DNA from: Candidatus Sericytochromatia bacterium
GTDB lineage: Bacteria > Cyanobacteriota > Sericytochromatia > S15B-MN24 > UBA4093
Length of the DNA: 64,000 nucleotides
Assembly: GCA_036676985.1 (NCBI GenBank)
Contig: JAKFBU010000041.1
Coordinates: 96,001-160,000, forward strand
Direction of reading: 5' to 3'
Made by a program: the position numbers and the translations under genes. The notes beneath the pieces are model-generated. The model was not told the origin of the DNA. It made no database searches and was given only the letters and a program-made list of their open reading frames with translations. Shown here one piece after another: positions 9,626-18,025 of the stretch (its first letter is position 1; every line of letters begins with the position of its first letter).

Positions 9626-10165
9626 CTAACCTCCTGAGAAGCTCAAGAGGTGCGGGTAGAGCATCGCGCAGAGGGTGCCGGCGGCGATCGCCACGCCATA
9701 CGGAAAAGGCGGCAGCGCGCTCTTGGAGAGCATCGCCTCGGGCTTGGCCCCGGGGGTGAACATGGCCAGGAGGAAGTAGTAGAGGTTGCGCAGCACGGAC
9801 CACAGGGCGCCGTAGCGCAGGGCGAACAGGAGCGCGATGATGCCGCCGGCGAGGGCCACGTCGATCATGGCCACGATGATGAGTGGATAGCCGAGCCAGG
9901 TGCCGATGGCCACCATGAGCTTGAGGTCGCCCGCCCCCATTTTGGCGAAGAGGTACAGGAGCAGGAAGACGACCGCCGCGAGGCCGCCGCCCGCGAGGCT
10001 GCTCAGCAGGCCCGGCACGCCGCCGAAGACGACGCTGAGCAGCAGGCCCAGCCCCATCGCGGGGAAGGTGAGCCAGTTATAGATCCGGTGCCACCGCATG
10101 TCGGTATAGACGGCGATCATGAGCACCGGAAGCAGGGCCCATTGCCAGACGGGGATCGAACTCAT
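9626..10165 (-). CDS. cpaA: Prepilin peptidase CpaA/TadV (A24)
   Basis: YTDMRWHRIYNWL, MGAGDLKL, FPYGVAIAAG motifs. Confidence 0.92.
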   Translation of the reverse strand: MSSIPVWQWALLPVLMIAVYTDMRWHRIYNWLTFPAMGLGLLLSVVFGGVPGLLSSLAGGGLAAVVFLLLYLFAKMGAGDLKLMVAIGTWLGYPLIIVAMIDVALAGGIIALLFALRYGALWSVLRNLYYFLLAMFTPGAKPEAMLSKSALPPFPYGVAIAAGTLCAMLYPHLLSFSGG

Positions 10166-10199
10166 GTGCAGGTACCAACCCTAGAAATGAAGACAAGAA

Positions 10200-10258
10200 G
10201 GCCCTCGCCTGCGATACCATACCCCGCTGGGGAGGCGGTATCACGCTAGGCGAGGGCC
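10200..10258 (-). terminator. Long hairpin between flp and cpaA (attenuator or pilin mRNA stabiliser)
   Basis: GGCCCTCGCCT-GCG-ATACC ... GGTAT-CACGC-TAGGCGAGGGCC inverted repeat. Confidence 0.6.
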
Positions 10259-10272
10259 TGAGAGCGTTGTGG

Positions 10273-10452
10273 TTAGATGCCCTTGCTCAGCGCATCGACC
10301 TTGTCGGCGAGCTTCTTGACCATGCCGTTGACCTTCTCACCGAGGATCTTGTAGGTACCGGCGCAAACGAGAGCCACGACGGCGATGATCAGGCCGTACT
10401 CGACCATCGACTGACCTTCCTCTTCGCGGACAATCTTCTTCAAAAGTTCCAT
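10273..10452 (-). CDS. flp: Major Flp pilin (59 aa)
   Basis: MELLKKIVREEEG|QSMVEYGLIIAVVALV Flp motif; GGAGG SD. Confidence 0.93.
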   Translation of the reverse strand: MELLKKIVREEEGQSMVEYGLIIAVVALVCAGTYKILGEKVNGMVKKLADKVDALSKGI

Positions 10453-10499
10453 CGTGGTAATCCTCCATCTGAACCGTTTGGGAAACTCCTCACACAAGG

Positions 10500-10552
10500 G
10501 TTATAGGGAGGTCCCCAGCGGATCCGGTAAGATTTACTTGAAGCTTACTTTA
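10500..10552 (-). promoter_or_regulatory. Putative flp promoter with an upstream 11-bp-spaced direct repeat
   Basis: Minus-strand TATAAC at 10505-10500; TTTACTT (10533-39) and CTTACTT (10544-50) in an AT-rich gap. Confidence 0.45.
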
Positions 10553-10579
10553 AAACGGGGCTAAATCGATCGCGAAGGC

Positions 10580-10942
10580 TCAGCGGGCGCGCATGAGGGC
10601 CTTGGAGTGGTGGCCGAAGGACAGGCCGAAGGCGCCGCCCAGCAGCTTGATGGACACAATCAGGCCCAGGGCGAGGGATCCGGCGATGAGGGCGTACTCG
10701 AGGGTGCTCTGGCCATCCTCGTTCACCAAGATCTCGCGCAGGAGGGCCGACGTTTCACCCCCCCTCCCCCCCCTGCTTCGCAAGGGGGGCACAGGGCGCC
10801 CTGCTTCGCAGGGATTGAAAGCGGGATCAGCAACGCTCGTGTCGCCCACAATAAACAACCCCCTGCGAAGCAGGGGGAAGTCCTCGTGCCCCCCTTGCGA
10901 AGCAGGGGGGGAAGGGGGGGTAGAACGAGTCACCACCCCCAT
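10580..10942 (-). CDS. Second Flp pilin with a repeat-expanded leader
   Basis: C-terminal LLREILVNEDG|QSTLEYALIAGSLALGLIV; ATG lies 2 nt after the upstream stop codon. Confidence 0.8.
   Translation of the reverse strand: MGVVTRSTPPSPPASQGGHEDFPLLRRGLFIVGDTSVADPAFNPCEAGRPVPPLRSRGGRGGETSALLREILVNEDGQSTLEYALIAGSLALGLIVSIKLLGGAFGLSFGHHSKALMRAR
10751..10927. repeat. MITE/REP-like palindromic element, copy A
   Basis: Terminal inverted repeats ACCCCCCCT(T/C)CCCCCCCTGCTTCGCAAGGGGGGCAC; inner inverted repeat CCCTGCTTCGCAGGG/CCCTGCGAAGCAGGG. Confidence 0.9.
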
Positions 10943-10944
10943 GG

Positions 10945-11442
10945 TTATTGCCCCGTCGACACGATCGGCACGTACAGCGTCAGGCTCGTGGGATAGTTGG
11001 CGTCGTCCAGGCCCATGAGCGTCACGGTCGCCGTGACGCTCCGCTTGGCCTTCAGGGCGTCCACCACCGACTGATCGACGATGGGCAGCACCGCCTTGCC
11101 CGTGCCCGCCACGAACTCCAGATCCTGGGTATTCGTCAATGACTCGCGCGGGTACTTCTTGAGGTACGTGGGCTCGACCCGCAGGCTCATGGCCATGCTC
11201 TTGTTGCCGATCCCCGAGTCCCCGTCGTACTTGATGTCCGCGCGGCCAAAGGTCGCGCCGAGCGACCCGTTCTGGCCCTGCACCGTCACCGTGGGATTTG
11301 TAAACGTTGCCTTGGAGCCCTCGATGGTCACCTGCACCGTCGCCGGCTCGATGTTCGTCACGCTGAGCTGCGCCGGCACGTTGGTGTACCAGCCGCAGCC
11401 ACTGAGGGCCGCCAACACCGCCAGGATCCCGATCCGTTTCAC
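10945..11442 (-). CDS. Lipoprotein of unknown function (possible pilotin or accessory protein)
   Basis: MKRIGILAVLAALSG|C lipobox; AGGAGG SD; beta-rich sequence. Confidence 0.8.
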   Translation of the reverse strand: MKRIGILAVLAALSGCGWYTNVPAQLSVTNIEPATVQVTIEGSKATFTNPTVTVQGQNGSLGATFGRADIKYDGDSGIGNKSMAMSLRVEPTYLKKYPRESLTNTQDLEFVAGTGKAVLPIVDQSVVDALKAKRSVTATVTLMGLDDANYPTSLTLYVPIVSTGQ

Positions 11443-11472
11443 GATCCGCCTCCTAGGTTAGGTCGCCGAATG

Positions 11473-12558
11473 CTAGCTCGAGTACGAGCCGCTGCCGTGG
11501 AAGGCTCCGCGCATCATCCGCTGGAGCTCGTTGGGGTTCTCCGAGTACGACAACGCGTCGTCCAGGGAGATCTGGTCCTCCTGGTACAGGTTGAAGAGCG
11601 CCATGTTCATGCTCTGCATGCCGTCCATCTGGCCCTGCTCGATGACGTGCCGCAGGCCGTCCAGGTCGTTCTTGAAGACCAGGTCCTGCACCGTCGGAGT
11701 CGAGACCAGCACCTCGACCGCCGCGCGGCGGCCCCGGCCGTCGCCCTTGGGGATCAAGCGCTGCGAGATGGCCCCACGCAGGATGGCGCCCAGCTGGTGC
11801 CGGATGTTGTCCTGCTCGTGCGGCGGGAAGGTCGAGATGACGCGCGAGACCGTGCCCACGCTGTCCGTGGTGTGCATGGTGCTCATGACCAAGTGGCCCG
11901 TCTCCGCCGCCTTGACCGCCGCGAGGATGGTCTCCTGGTCACGCATCTCACCCACCAGGATGACGTCCGGATCCTGACGCAGCGCGTACTTGATGGCGTT
12001 GGGGTAGGTCAGGGTGTCCGCGCCCAGCTCGCGCTGGGTGATGACCGACTTCTTGCTGGTGTAGACGAACTCGATGGGGTCCTCGATGGTGAGGATATGG
12101 ACGTCCTTGGTCGTGTTGATGAACTCGACCATGGCCGCGAGCGTCGTCGACTTGCCCGAGCCCGTGGGGCCCGTGACGAGCACGAGGCCCTGGCGCTCGA
12201 GGGCGAGCTTCTTGATGACCGGCGGCAGGTCCATCTGGTCCACCGCGGGCGGCTTGAGGGGGATGACGCGGAAGGCCGCGCCGATGTTGCCCTGCTCGAA
12301 GTAGACGTTCACGCGGAAGCGCGCGAGCCCGTCGATGGTCAAGCTGATGTCGATCTCGCGGTTCTGCTCGAACAGCTGGCGCTGCTCGGTGTTCATCAAG
12401 CTGTAGAGCGCCTGGCGCGTGTCGGCGGGGGTCAGCGTCTTGTACTCGGTCGGGACGATGCGACCGTCGATGCGCAGCACCGGCGAGGTGCCCACCTTGA
12501 CGTGGATGTCCGACGCGCGCTTCTGAACCGCGGTGCGAAGAAAGTCGATGATATTCAT
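11473..12558 (-). CDS. pilT: PilT/PilU-family type IV pilus retraction ATPase
   Basis: ASDIHVKVG, RFRVNVY, GPTGSGKSTTLAAM, TIEDPIEF, ALRQDPDVILVGEMRD, AAETGHLVMSTMHT, GMQSMN; true start MNIIDFL at 12558. Confidence 0.93.
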   Translation of the reverse strand: MNIIDFLRTAVQKRASDIHVKVGTSPVLRIDGRIVPTEYKTLTPADTRQALYSLMNTEQRQLFEQNREIDISLTIDGLARFRVNVYFEQGNIGAAFRVIPLKPPAVDQMDLPPVIKKLALERQGLVLVTGPTGSGKSTTLAAMVEFINTTKDVHILTIEDPIEFVYTSKKSVITQRELGADTLTYPNAIKYALRQDPDVILVGEMRDQETILAAVKAAETGHLVMSTMHTTDSVGTVSRVISTFPPHEQDNIRHQLGAILRGAISQRLIPKGDGRGRRAAVEVLVSTPTVQDLVFKNDLDGLRHVIEQGQMDGMQSMNMALFNLYQEDQISLDDALSYSENPNELQRMMRGAFHGSGSYSS

Positions 12559-12578
12559 GCGCGGATGATCGTCCTGTC

Positions 12579-13163
12579 TTAAGCGTTGGTCGCGGGGGCG
12601 GCCTGCGCCAGCTGCGCGAGCGGGAAGCCGACAGCGCGGTTGAGGATGCGCTGGATGTCGAACAGGTTGCGGATCGCGTCGGGGGCGGTGGTCTCCGAGA
12701 GCCACGTCTCGACGATCTGGCCCTTGTCGTCCAGGAAGGTAACGGTCATCGCGAGGTTGCTCGGCAGGAACTTGCCGGGCTGCACATTCTTGATCTCGTC
12801 CATGGCGGGCGGATCGTACTTGAGGTTGACCTCGCCGACCGTGTGGATCTTCTTCTTGCGGAAGGTGTGCGACTTGGGGAACAGGTTGATGAAGATGAAG
12901 TACGCCGAGGTCACGAGGATGACCTCGCAGGCGTAGAAGCTGCCGCCCTGCTCGCCGGGCTTGGAGGTCGTCGCCTCGAACTGGTAGTAGCAGCCCAGCA
13001 CGCGATCGGCCGGGTGGATCGTGTCGTACAGGATCTGGAGCAGGATCTGGCCCACGCCGGGGACTCCGCTCGCCTTCTTCATCAACTCCTGCATGCGCGG
13101 GTGATTGAAGGCATTGGCCTGGGGAGGCTGCTGGGGCTGCGACGACACGGTTTCTGCGCTCAC
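12579..13163 (-). CDS. Hypothetical cytoplasmic protein, first gene of the pilT unit
   Basis: GTG start with GGAGG SD; host-like codon bias; 20 nt upstream of pilT. Confidence 0.75.
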   Translation of the reverse strand: MSAETVSSQPQQPPQANAFNHPRMQELMKKASGVPGVGQILLQILYDTIHPADRVLGCYYQFEATTSKPGEQGGSFYACEVILVTSAYFIFINLFPKSHTFRKKKIHTVGEVNLKYDPPAMDEIKNVQPGKFLPSNLAMTVTFLDDKGQIVETWLSETTAPDAIRNLFDIQRILNRAVGFPLAQLAQAAPATNA

Positions 13164-13305
13164 GTTACCCTCCGCGCGGCAGGATGCGGCTCCCGCCTCA
13201 ACTCGAGTTTGCTTGGACGGTGCTATTGTACCCCGGCGCTTGAGCCCCTAACGATCGTCAGGTGCTGGCGCGGCGGGGGGCTCTGGCGCATGGTCCGACG
13301 GCTCT

Positions 13306-13454
13306 ACCCCCCCATCCCCCCCTGCTTCGCAAGGGGGGCATAGCGAGTCCTGCTGCGCAGGATTGAAAGGCAAGAGCGCGCTATCAATCCGGCCCGGCTC
13401 TGCCGGGTCCAGTCCCTAAGCCCCCCTTGCGAAGCAGGGGGGGAAGGGGGGGGT
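13306..13454. repeat. MITE/REP-like palindromic element, copy B
   Basis: Same CCCCCCCTGCTTCGCAAGGGGGGC / GCCCCCCTTGCGAAGCAGGGGGGGAAGGGGGGG ends as copy A. Confidence 0.9.
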
Positions 13455-13467
13455 CGAAAAGCAGCAA

Positions 13468-14565
13468 CTACTTCGTGAGCACGACCTCGTCGAACATCTT
13501 GCCCTCCTTGTCGATGGCCTTGAGCGTCAGGCGGTTGCCGTCCATCTCGGCGGCCATGAAGTGGTAGGCGTCCTTGTAGATCGAGGGCTTGTTCTTGTCC
13601 TGGAACTTCTGACGGCCCGGGCGCAGCCAGGCTCCGCCGCCGCCCGTGATGAGGTAGCGCGTGCCCGCGATGGGGTTCAAGAAGCGCTCGTAGTTGTGCT
13701 CGTGCCCGTTGACGTAGAGATCCACCCCGTACTTCTGGAACAGGGGCTGTACCCGGCTGCGCAGGAAGGCCTTGCCCCCGTCCGCGCCGTTGGAGTAGAA
13801 GGGATGGTGGCCGTAGACGACCTTCCAGGTGGCATTCGAGGAGGCGAGGGCCCGCTCGAGCCAGGCGACCTGGGGGGTGCCGGCCTTCATGAAGTCCCGG
13901 TCGGTGGTGTCGATGGCGAAGAACTCGGCCTGACCCCAGCGGAAGGAATAGTAGCGCTCGGTGCCGCTGGCCTTGGCGGGCAGGTCGAAGGCCCGCAGGT
14001 ACGCGGCCCCCTTCTCGGCCTTCACGTCATGGTTGCCGAAGACCGGGTAGACGGGCGCGTTGGCGCTGATGGGCGCGAACGGCTTGAAGAACCGCCCCGG
14101 ATAGAGCCGCTCCTCGCCGTCGTCGTAGACCACGTCCCCCGTGTGCAGGACGAACTCGGGCTGGTAGGCCGCGAGCCGCTCGGCAATCGCCTTCTGATTG
14201 GCGTTGCCGCTGCCGGTGTCCCCGACGATGGCGAAGCGCGCCTTGCCGGAGCCCGCGGGCGGCGTGCGGAACGTGCCCTCGGCCACGACGCGATCGCCCG
14301 ACAGCAGCTGGTAGGGAACGGCCGTCCCGGCCGGCAGGCCCGTGAGCTGGACGTTGTGGTGCGTCGTCGCCGCGAGCTCCTTGACCGTCCGGCTGTTGGC
14401 GTAGCGCACCTGGCCGATGCCGGCCTCGTCCGTGCGCCACATGAGGATCGCCGACGAGGTCGTCACGTTCTGGACGTACGGCTTCACGGTCAGCGTCTCG
14501 GCCAGGGCGGGAGACGCAAGGGCGATCGCGAGCACGGCCGCGACGGAGTACGAAAGACGGGTCAT
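13468..14565 (-). CDS. Secreted metallophosphoesterase (purple acid phosphatase-like, FN3-like N domain)
   Basis: GDTG, HTGDVVY, GNHD, GHHP, GHEHNYER motifs; signal peptide. Confidence 0.9.
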   Translation of the reverse strand: MTRLSYSVAAVLAIALASPALAETLTVKPYVQNVTTSSAILMWRTDEAGIGQVRYANSRTVKELAATTHHNVQLTGLPAGTAVPYQLLSGDRVVAEGTFRTPPAGSGKARFAIVGDTGSGNANQKAIAERLAAYQPEFVLHTGDVVYDDGEERLYPGRFFKPFAPISANAPVYPVFGNHDVKAEKGAAYLRAFDLPAKASGTERYYSFRWGQAEFFAIDTTDRDFMKAGTPQVAWLERALASSNATWKVVYGHHPFYSNGADGGKAFLRSRVQPLFQKYGVDLYVNGHEHNYERFLNPIAGTRYLITGGGGAWLRPGRQKFQDKNKPSIYKDAYHFMAAEMDGNRLTLKAIDKEGKMFDEVVLTK

Positions 14566-14643
14566 CACTACCTCCTGGGGACGGGACCTACCAACCCGCA
14601 CAGCTTACCGCCAACCTCGGCGCCTGTCACCCCTCATGACGAA

Positions 14644-14668
14644 GGCCCCGCCTCAAAGAGACGGGGCC
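14644..14668. terminator. Hairpin downstream of serS
   Basis: GGCCCCG-CCTCAAAGAGA-CGGGGCC. Confidence 0.45.
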
Positions 14669-14740
14669 CCCAGGGAGCGCCGGCGTCCTCGCCGGCATGG
14701 GCTCATGCCGGCGAGGACGCCGGCGCTCCCAGATAGTCCG

Positions 14741-16039
14741 CTAAGACCGGAGCGCGCCCTCGCGCTGCGGCTCGGCCTTGAGGACCGCGACACCGCGCAT
14801 GTAGGGCCGCAGGGCCTCGGGCACCACCACCGAGCCGTCGGCCTGCTGGTAGTTCTCGAGGATGGCCGCCACCGTCCGGCCCACGGCCACGCCCGAACCG
14901 TTGAGCGTGTGCGGGTTCATGAGCTGCTTGTCCCGGCGGAAGCGGAGGCCGCCGCGCCGCGCCTGGAAGTCGGTGCAGTTCGAGCAGCTCGAGATCTCGC
15001 GGTACTTGCCCTGGGCGGGCATCCAGACCTCGAGGTCGTAGGTCTTGGCCGAGTTGAAGCCGACGTCCGCCGAGCAGAGCAGGATCTTGCGGTAGGGCAG
15101 GCCCAGGCGCTGCAGCACGGCCTCGGCGTTGGCCGTCATCTTCTCCAGCTCGTCGAAGGAGGTCTCGGGCGACACCACCTTCACCAGCTCGACCTTGTCG
15201 AACTGGTGGACGCGGATCAGGCCCTTGGTGTCGCGGCCGGCGGCCCCCGCCTCCGAGCGGAAGCAAGGCGTGCCCGCCGTGAGGTGCATGGGCAGCATGT
15301 CCTCGTCGATGATCTCGTCCCGGTACAGGTTGGTGAGGGGGACTTCCGCCGTCGGGATCAGGTAGTACTTGGTGCCCTCGAGCTTGAAGAGCTGATCCGC
15401 GAACTTGGGCAGGTTGCCGTTGGCGAGCAGCGTCTCCTCGTTGGCGACGTAGGGGGGCTGCACCTCGGTGTAGCCGTGCTCGCCCGTGTGCAGGTCCAGC
15501 ATGAAGTTGATGAGCGCCCGCTCGAGCTGGGCGCCAGGGCCGCGCATGAGCGTGAAGCGGGTGCCCGCGAGCTTGACCGCGCGCTCGAAGTCGATGATGC
15601 CGAGGGCCTCGCCCAGCTCCCAGTGAGCCTTGGGCTCGAAGCCGAACGCGGGCACGTCGCCCCAGCGCACGACCTCGACGTTGTCGTCCTCGCTCTCGCC
15701 GTCCGGCACCGACTCGTCCAGCAGGTTGGGAATCTGGTACATGAGCTCGGTGCGCCGGGCCTCGATGTCAGACATCTGGGCCTCGAGGGCCTTGATCCGC
15801 TCGCCGTTGGCCTTGACCGACGCGATGACCTCGGAGGCGTCCTGGCCCGACTTCTTGAGGGCGGCCACCTGCTCGCTCGCCTGGTTGCGCTTGGCGCGCA
15901 GGTCGTCGAGCTCGGTCTGGGTCTCGCGGAACTGCTGGTCGAGCTGCTGCAACGCGCTCAGGTCGAAGGCCATGCGCCGCCGCTGGAGGCTCTTCTCGAC
16001 GCGCTCGGGCTCTTGCCGGATCAGCTTGATGTCTAACAC
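14741..16039 (-). CDS. serS: Serine--tRNA ligase
   Basis: GTG start VLDIKLIR; [56 protein letters not shown]. Confidence 0.97.
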   Translation of the reverse strand: MLDIKLIRQEPERVEKSLQRRRMAFDLSALQQLDQQFRETQTELDDLRAKRNQASEQVAALKKSGQDASEVIASVKANGERIKALEAQMSDIEARRTELMYQIPNLLDESVPDGESEDDNVEVVRWGDVPAFGFEPKAHWELGEALGIIDFERAVKLAGTRFTLMRGPGAQLERALINFMLDLHTGEHGYTEVQPPYVANEETLLANGNLPKFADQLFKLEGTKYYLIPTAEVPLTNLYRDEIIDEDMLPMHLTAGTPCFRSEAGAAGRDTKGLIRVHQFDKVELVKVVSPETSFDELEKMTANAEAVLQRLGLPYRKILLCSADVGFNSAKTYDLEVWMPAQGKYREISSCSNCTDFQARRGGLRFRRDKQLMNPHTLNGSGVAVGRTVAAILENYQQADGSVVVPEALRPYMRGVAVLKAEPQREGALRS

Positions 16040-16146
16040 GGGATCGCTCCTTGTCAATTGGCGTGAATGTCCTAGTATATCGTGGCGAGGGAAGGCACGC
16101 CAACTTGCTTCACACCACCCCCCTGCATGCATCCCGGGAGGCTTCG

Positions 16147-16581
16147 ATGCGCAACTTTCGACCCTGGACCCAGGCCTGGAGCCAAGAGCTCGGCTGGCTC
16201 ATCGTCCGTGTGACCTTCGGACTGGCACTCGCCACCCATGGCTGGGCCAAGCTCTTCGGAGAGCACGGAGTCTCGGCTTTCGCCGAGCGGGCCGTGGCGC
16301 CCATGGGCTTCCCCGCGCCCCTGCTGTTCGCCTACCTCGCGGCCCTCTCCGAGCTGGTCGGTGGCCTCATGGTCGCCATCGGCCTCTGCACGCCGCTGGC
16401 CGCGCTGACGACCGCCTTCACCATGGCCGTCGCCGTCTTCCGGCACATGAGCGCGGGCGATCCCTTCCAGCGCTACGAGCTGGCCGTCATCTACCTGGCT
16501 ATCTCCGTGGCGGCCATCCTCAAGGGCGGCGGGCGCTTCTCGATCGACGCGAAGCTGCCCTTCTTCCGGACCGATCGCTAA
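16147..16581 (+). CDS. DoxX family membrane protein
   Basis: [36 protein letters not shown]. Confidence 0.88.
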   Translation: MRNFRPWTQAWSQELGWLIVRVTFGLALATHGWAKLFGEHGVSAFAERAVAPMGFPAPLLFAYLAALSELVGGLMVAIGLCTPLAALTTAFTMAVAVFRHMSAGDPFQRYELAVIYLAISVAAILKGGGRFSIDAKLPFFRTDR

Positions 16582-16582
16582 A

Positions 16583-16610
16583 AGAGGCGCGTCCGCCCGG
16601 ACGCGCCTCT
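16583..16610. terminator. Hairpin between convergent doxX and sodC
   Basis: AGAGGCGCGTCC-GCCC-GGACGCGCCTCT perfect 12-bp stem. Confidence 0.7.
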
Positions 16611-16620
16611 CGACGACCCA

Positions 16621-17238
16621 CTAGTGGTTGTGATGGCCGCGGTGATCGTGCGGGGCCCCCTGGGTCCCCATGGCGACCACCGGGCCGCAGGCGATGCGCG
16701 CCCCGGCGTTGCCCGCCGGATCCGTGAGGTAGTCGTCCGGGTTGGCGTGGATCATCAGGGACGAGCCGTCCGCATCCAGCAGGGAGTACTTGCCCGGTTT
16801 CAGGGTCAGCAACGGGGCGACGAAGTCCAGCTTGAGCCGGCCCTGCTCGTCTACCACCACGTTGGGCAGGTCGCCCGCATGCGGGCCCTTGGGGTTCTGC
16901 AGGCCGTGCTGCTTGCCGTCCGGGTTGAAGTGGCTCCCGGCGGACGTGAAGGTGGGTCCCTCGCACTGGTTGGTGGCGTGGACGTGGAAGCCGTGCACGC
17001 CCGGCGGCAGGTTGGCGGCGTCGACCTCGATCCGCAGGCCGTCCGCGACCTCGGTGAGGCGCGCCGTTCCGACCTTGGCGCCCTTGCCGTCGATGAGCTC
17101 CGCGGTGGCGGTCATGCCCTTGGCCTGAGCAGGCGCGGCCTTGGCGGGAGCCTGAGGCGTCTGGTGGGCCAGGGCGGCACCCGCTCCGCCGATGGAAGCG
17201 GCCACGAGCCCGGCCACGATGATTCCCTTGCTGATCAT
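16621..17238 (-). CDS. sodC: Periplasmic Cu/Zn superoxide dismutase
   Basis: [16 protein letters not shown]...[23 protein letters not shown]; signal peptide; start MISKG. Confidence 0.93.
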   Translation of the reverse strand: MISKGIIVAGLVAASIGGAGAALAHQTPQAPAKAAPAQAKGMTATAELIDGKGAKVGTARLTEVADGLRIEVDAANLPPGVHGFHVHATNQCEGPTFTSAGSHFNPDGKQHGLQNPKGPHAGDLPNVVVDEQGRLKLDFVAPLLTLKPGKYSLLDADGSSLMIHANPDDYLTDPAGNAGARIACGPVVAMGTQGAPHDHRGHHNH

Positions 17239-17489
17239 GGAGGTTCTCCTTCTAAGCGTGACGCGGCGCGGGGGCGACTCACGGCAGGCTGAGCAGCCGA
17301 CCCGTTCCGCCTCCATTTGACCCCGCGTCCGAGCAGAACGCAATCGACCCTTCTCCGCCGGCGCCGCCCCGAGGTCAAGTTGGGAGCAGGTGGGGGGTGG
17401 CCTCACGGCGCACGCTCGGCAAGCTCGGTTGTTGGCCTGCCGTGCCGATGGTATAGTCAAGGCCACAGCACAGGAAGGGACACCCGTTC

Positions 17490-17891
17490 ATGCCGCACGT
17501 TTCGCTGTCAACTAGCTTGCTGCGCCGCCCCGGCAACCTGCTGCTGGCCCTCTGCTTGGCGTTTGCGGTCTCGAACCTGTTCTCGGTCCTGCCCTTCGGC
17601 AACGCGACCTCGGGCTACATGCCCCCCGTTCCGGCCCCCGTCGCCCAGGCGGTCGACCCCGCGCACCCCGACCTGACAGCCGATACCCTGAACTGGGAAG
17701 ACACCTGCCAGGTCATCTGGGGCGCCCTCTACGACCGCACGGATCCGAGCCAGGGGTGGGCAGCCGTCGGAGCCACCGCCCTCTGGCTGGCCGCGACCGC
17801 GCAGGATCCCCTCGGCGTTACGAGCCCCCGGATTCCGCCGCGCCCCCCGGCGCTCCGCTACTTCCTTCGAGCTCCACCCCGTCTCGCCTGA
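17490..17891 (+). CDS. Small exported protein ending in RAPP; candidate translation-arrest leader
   Basis: Hydrophobic N-terminal segment LLLALCLAFAVSNLFSVL; C-terminus RIPPRPPALRYFLRAPPRLA; purine-rich SD (AGGAAGGGA) and TATAGT -10-like element upstream. Confidence 0.7.
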   Translation: MPHVSLSTSLLRRPGNLLLALCLAFAVSNLFSVLPFGNATSGYMPPVPAPVAQAVDPAHPDLTADTLNWEDTCQVIWGALYDRTDPSQGWAAVGATALWLAATAQDPLGVTSPRIPPRPPALRYFLRAPPRLA

Positions 17892-18025
17892 TCGCCCGCT
17901 GCGATCGCGCCCGGATGCCGCCGCATCCTCCACCCGGTCCCGACCCGGCACTTCCGCGCGTCCGCGCCGGAATGGCCGCGTCGCCATCCTTCCTTTCCGC
18001 GCGACCTTAGATAGGAGTAGTTGCC

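Noticed and set aside
16040-16146. T-box leader for serS
   Set aside because: The divergent intergenic gap is only about 100 nt and has no T-box consensus.
17490-17891. RAPP ORF as a copper-sensing DUF2946/CutF-type leader for sodC
   Set aside because: It is divergent from sodC, so it cannot act in cis on that mRNA, and it lacks CxxC; kept instead as a candidate leader of the downstream SLH gene.
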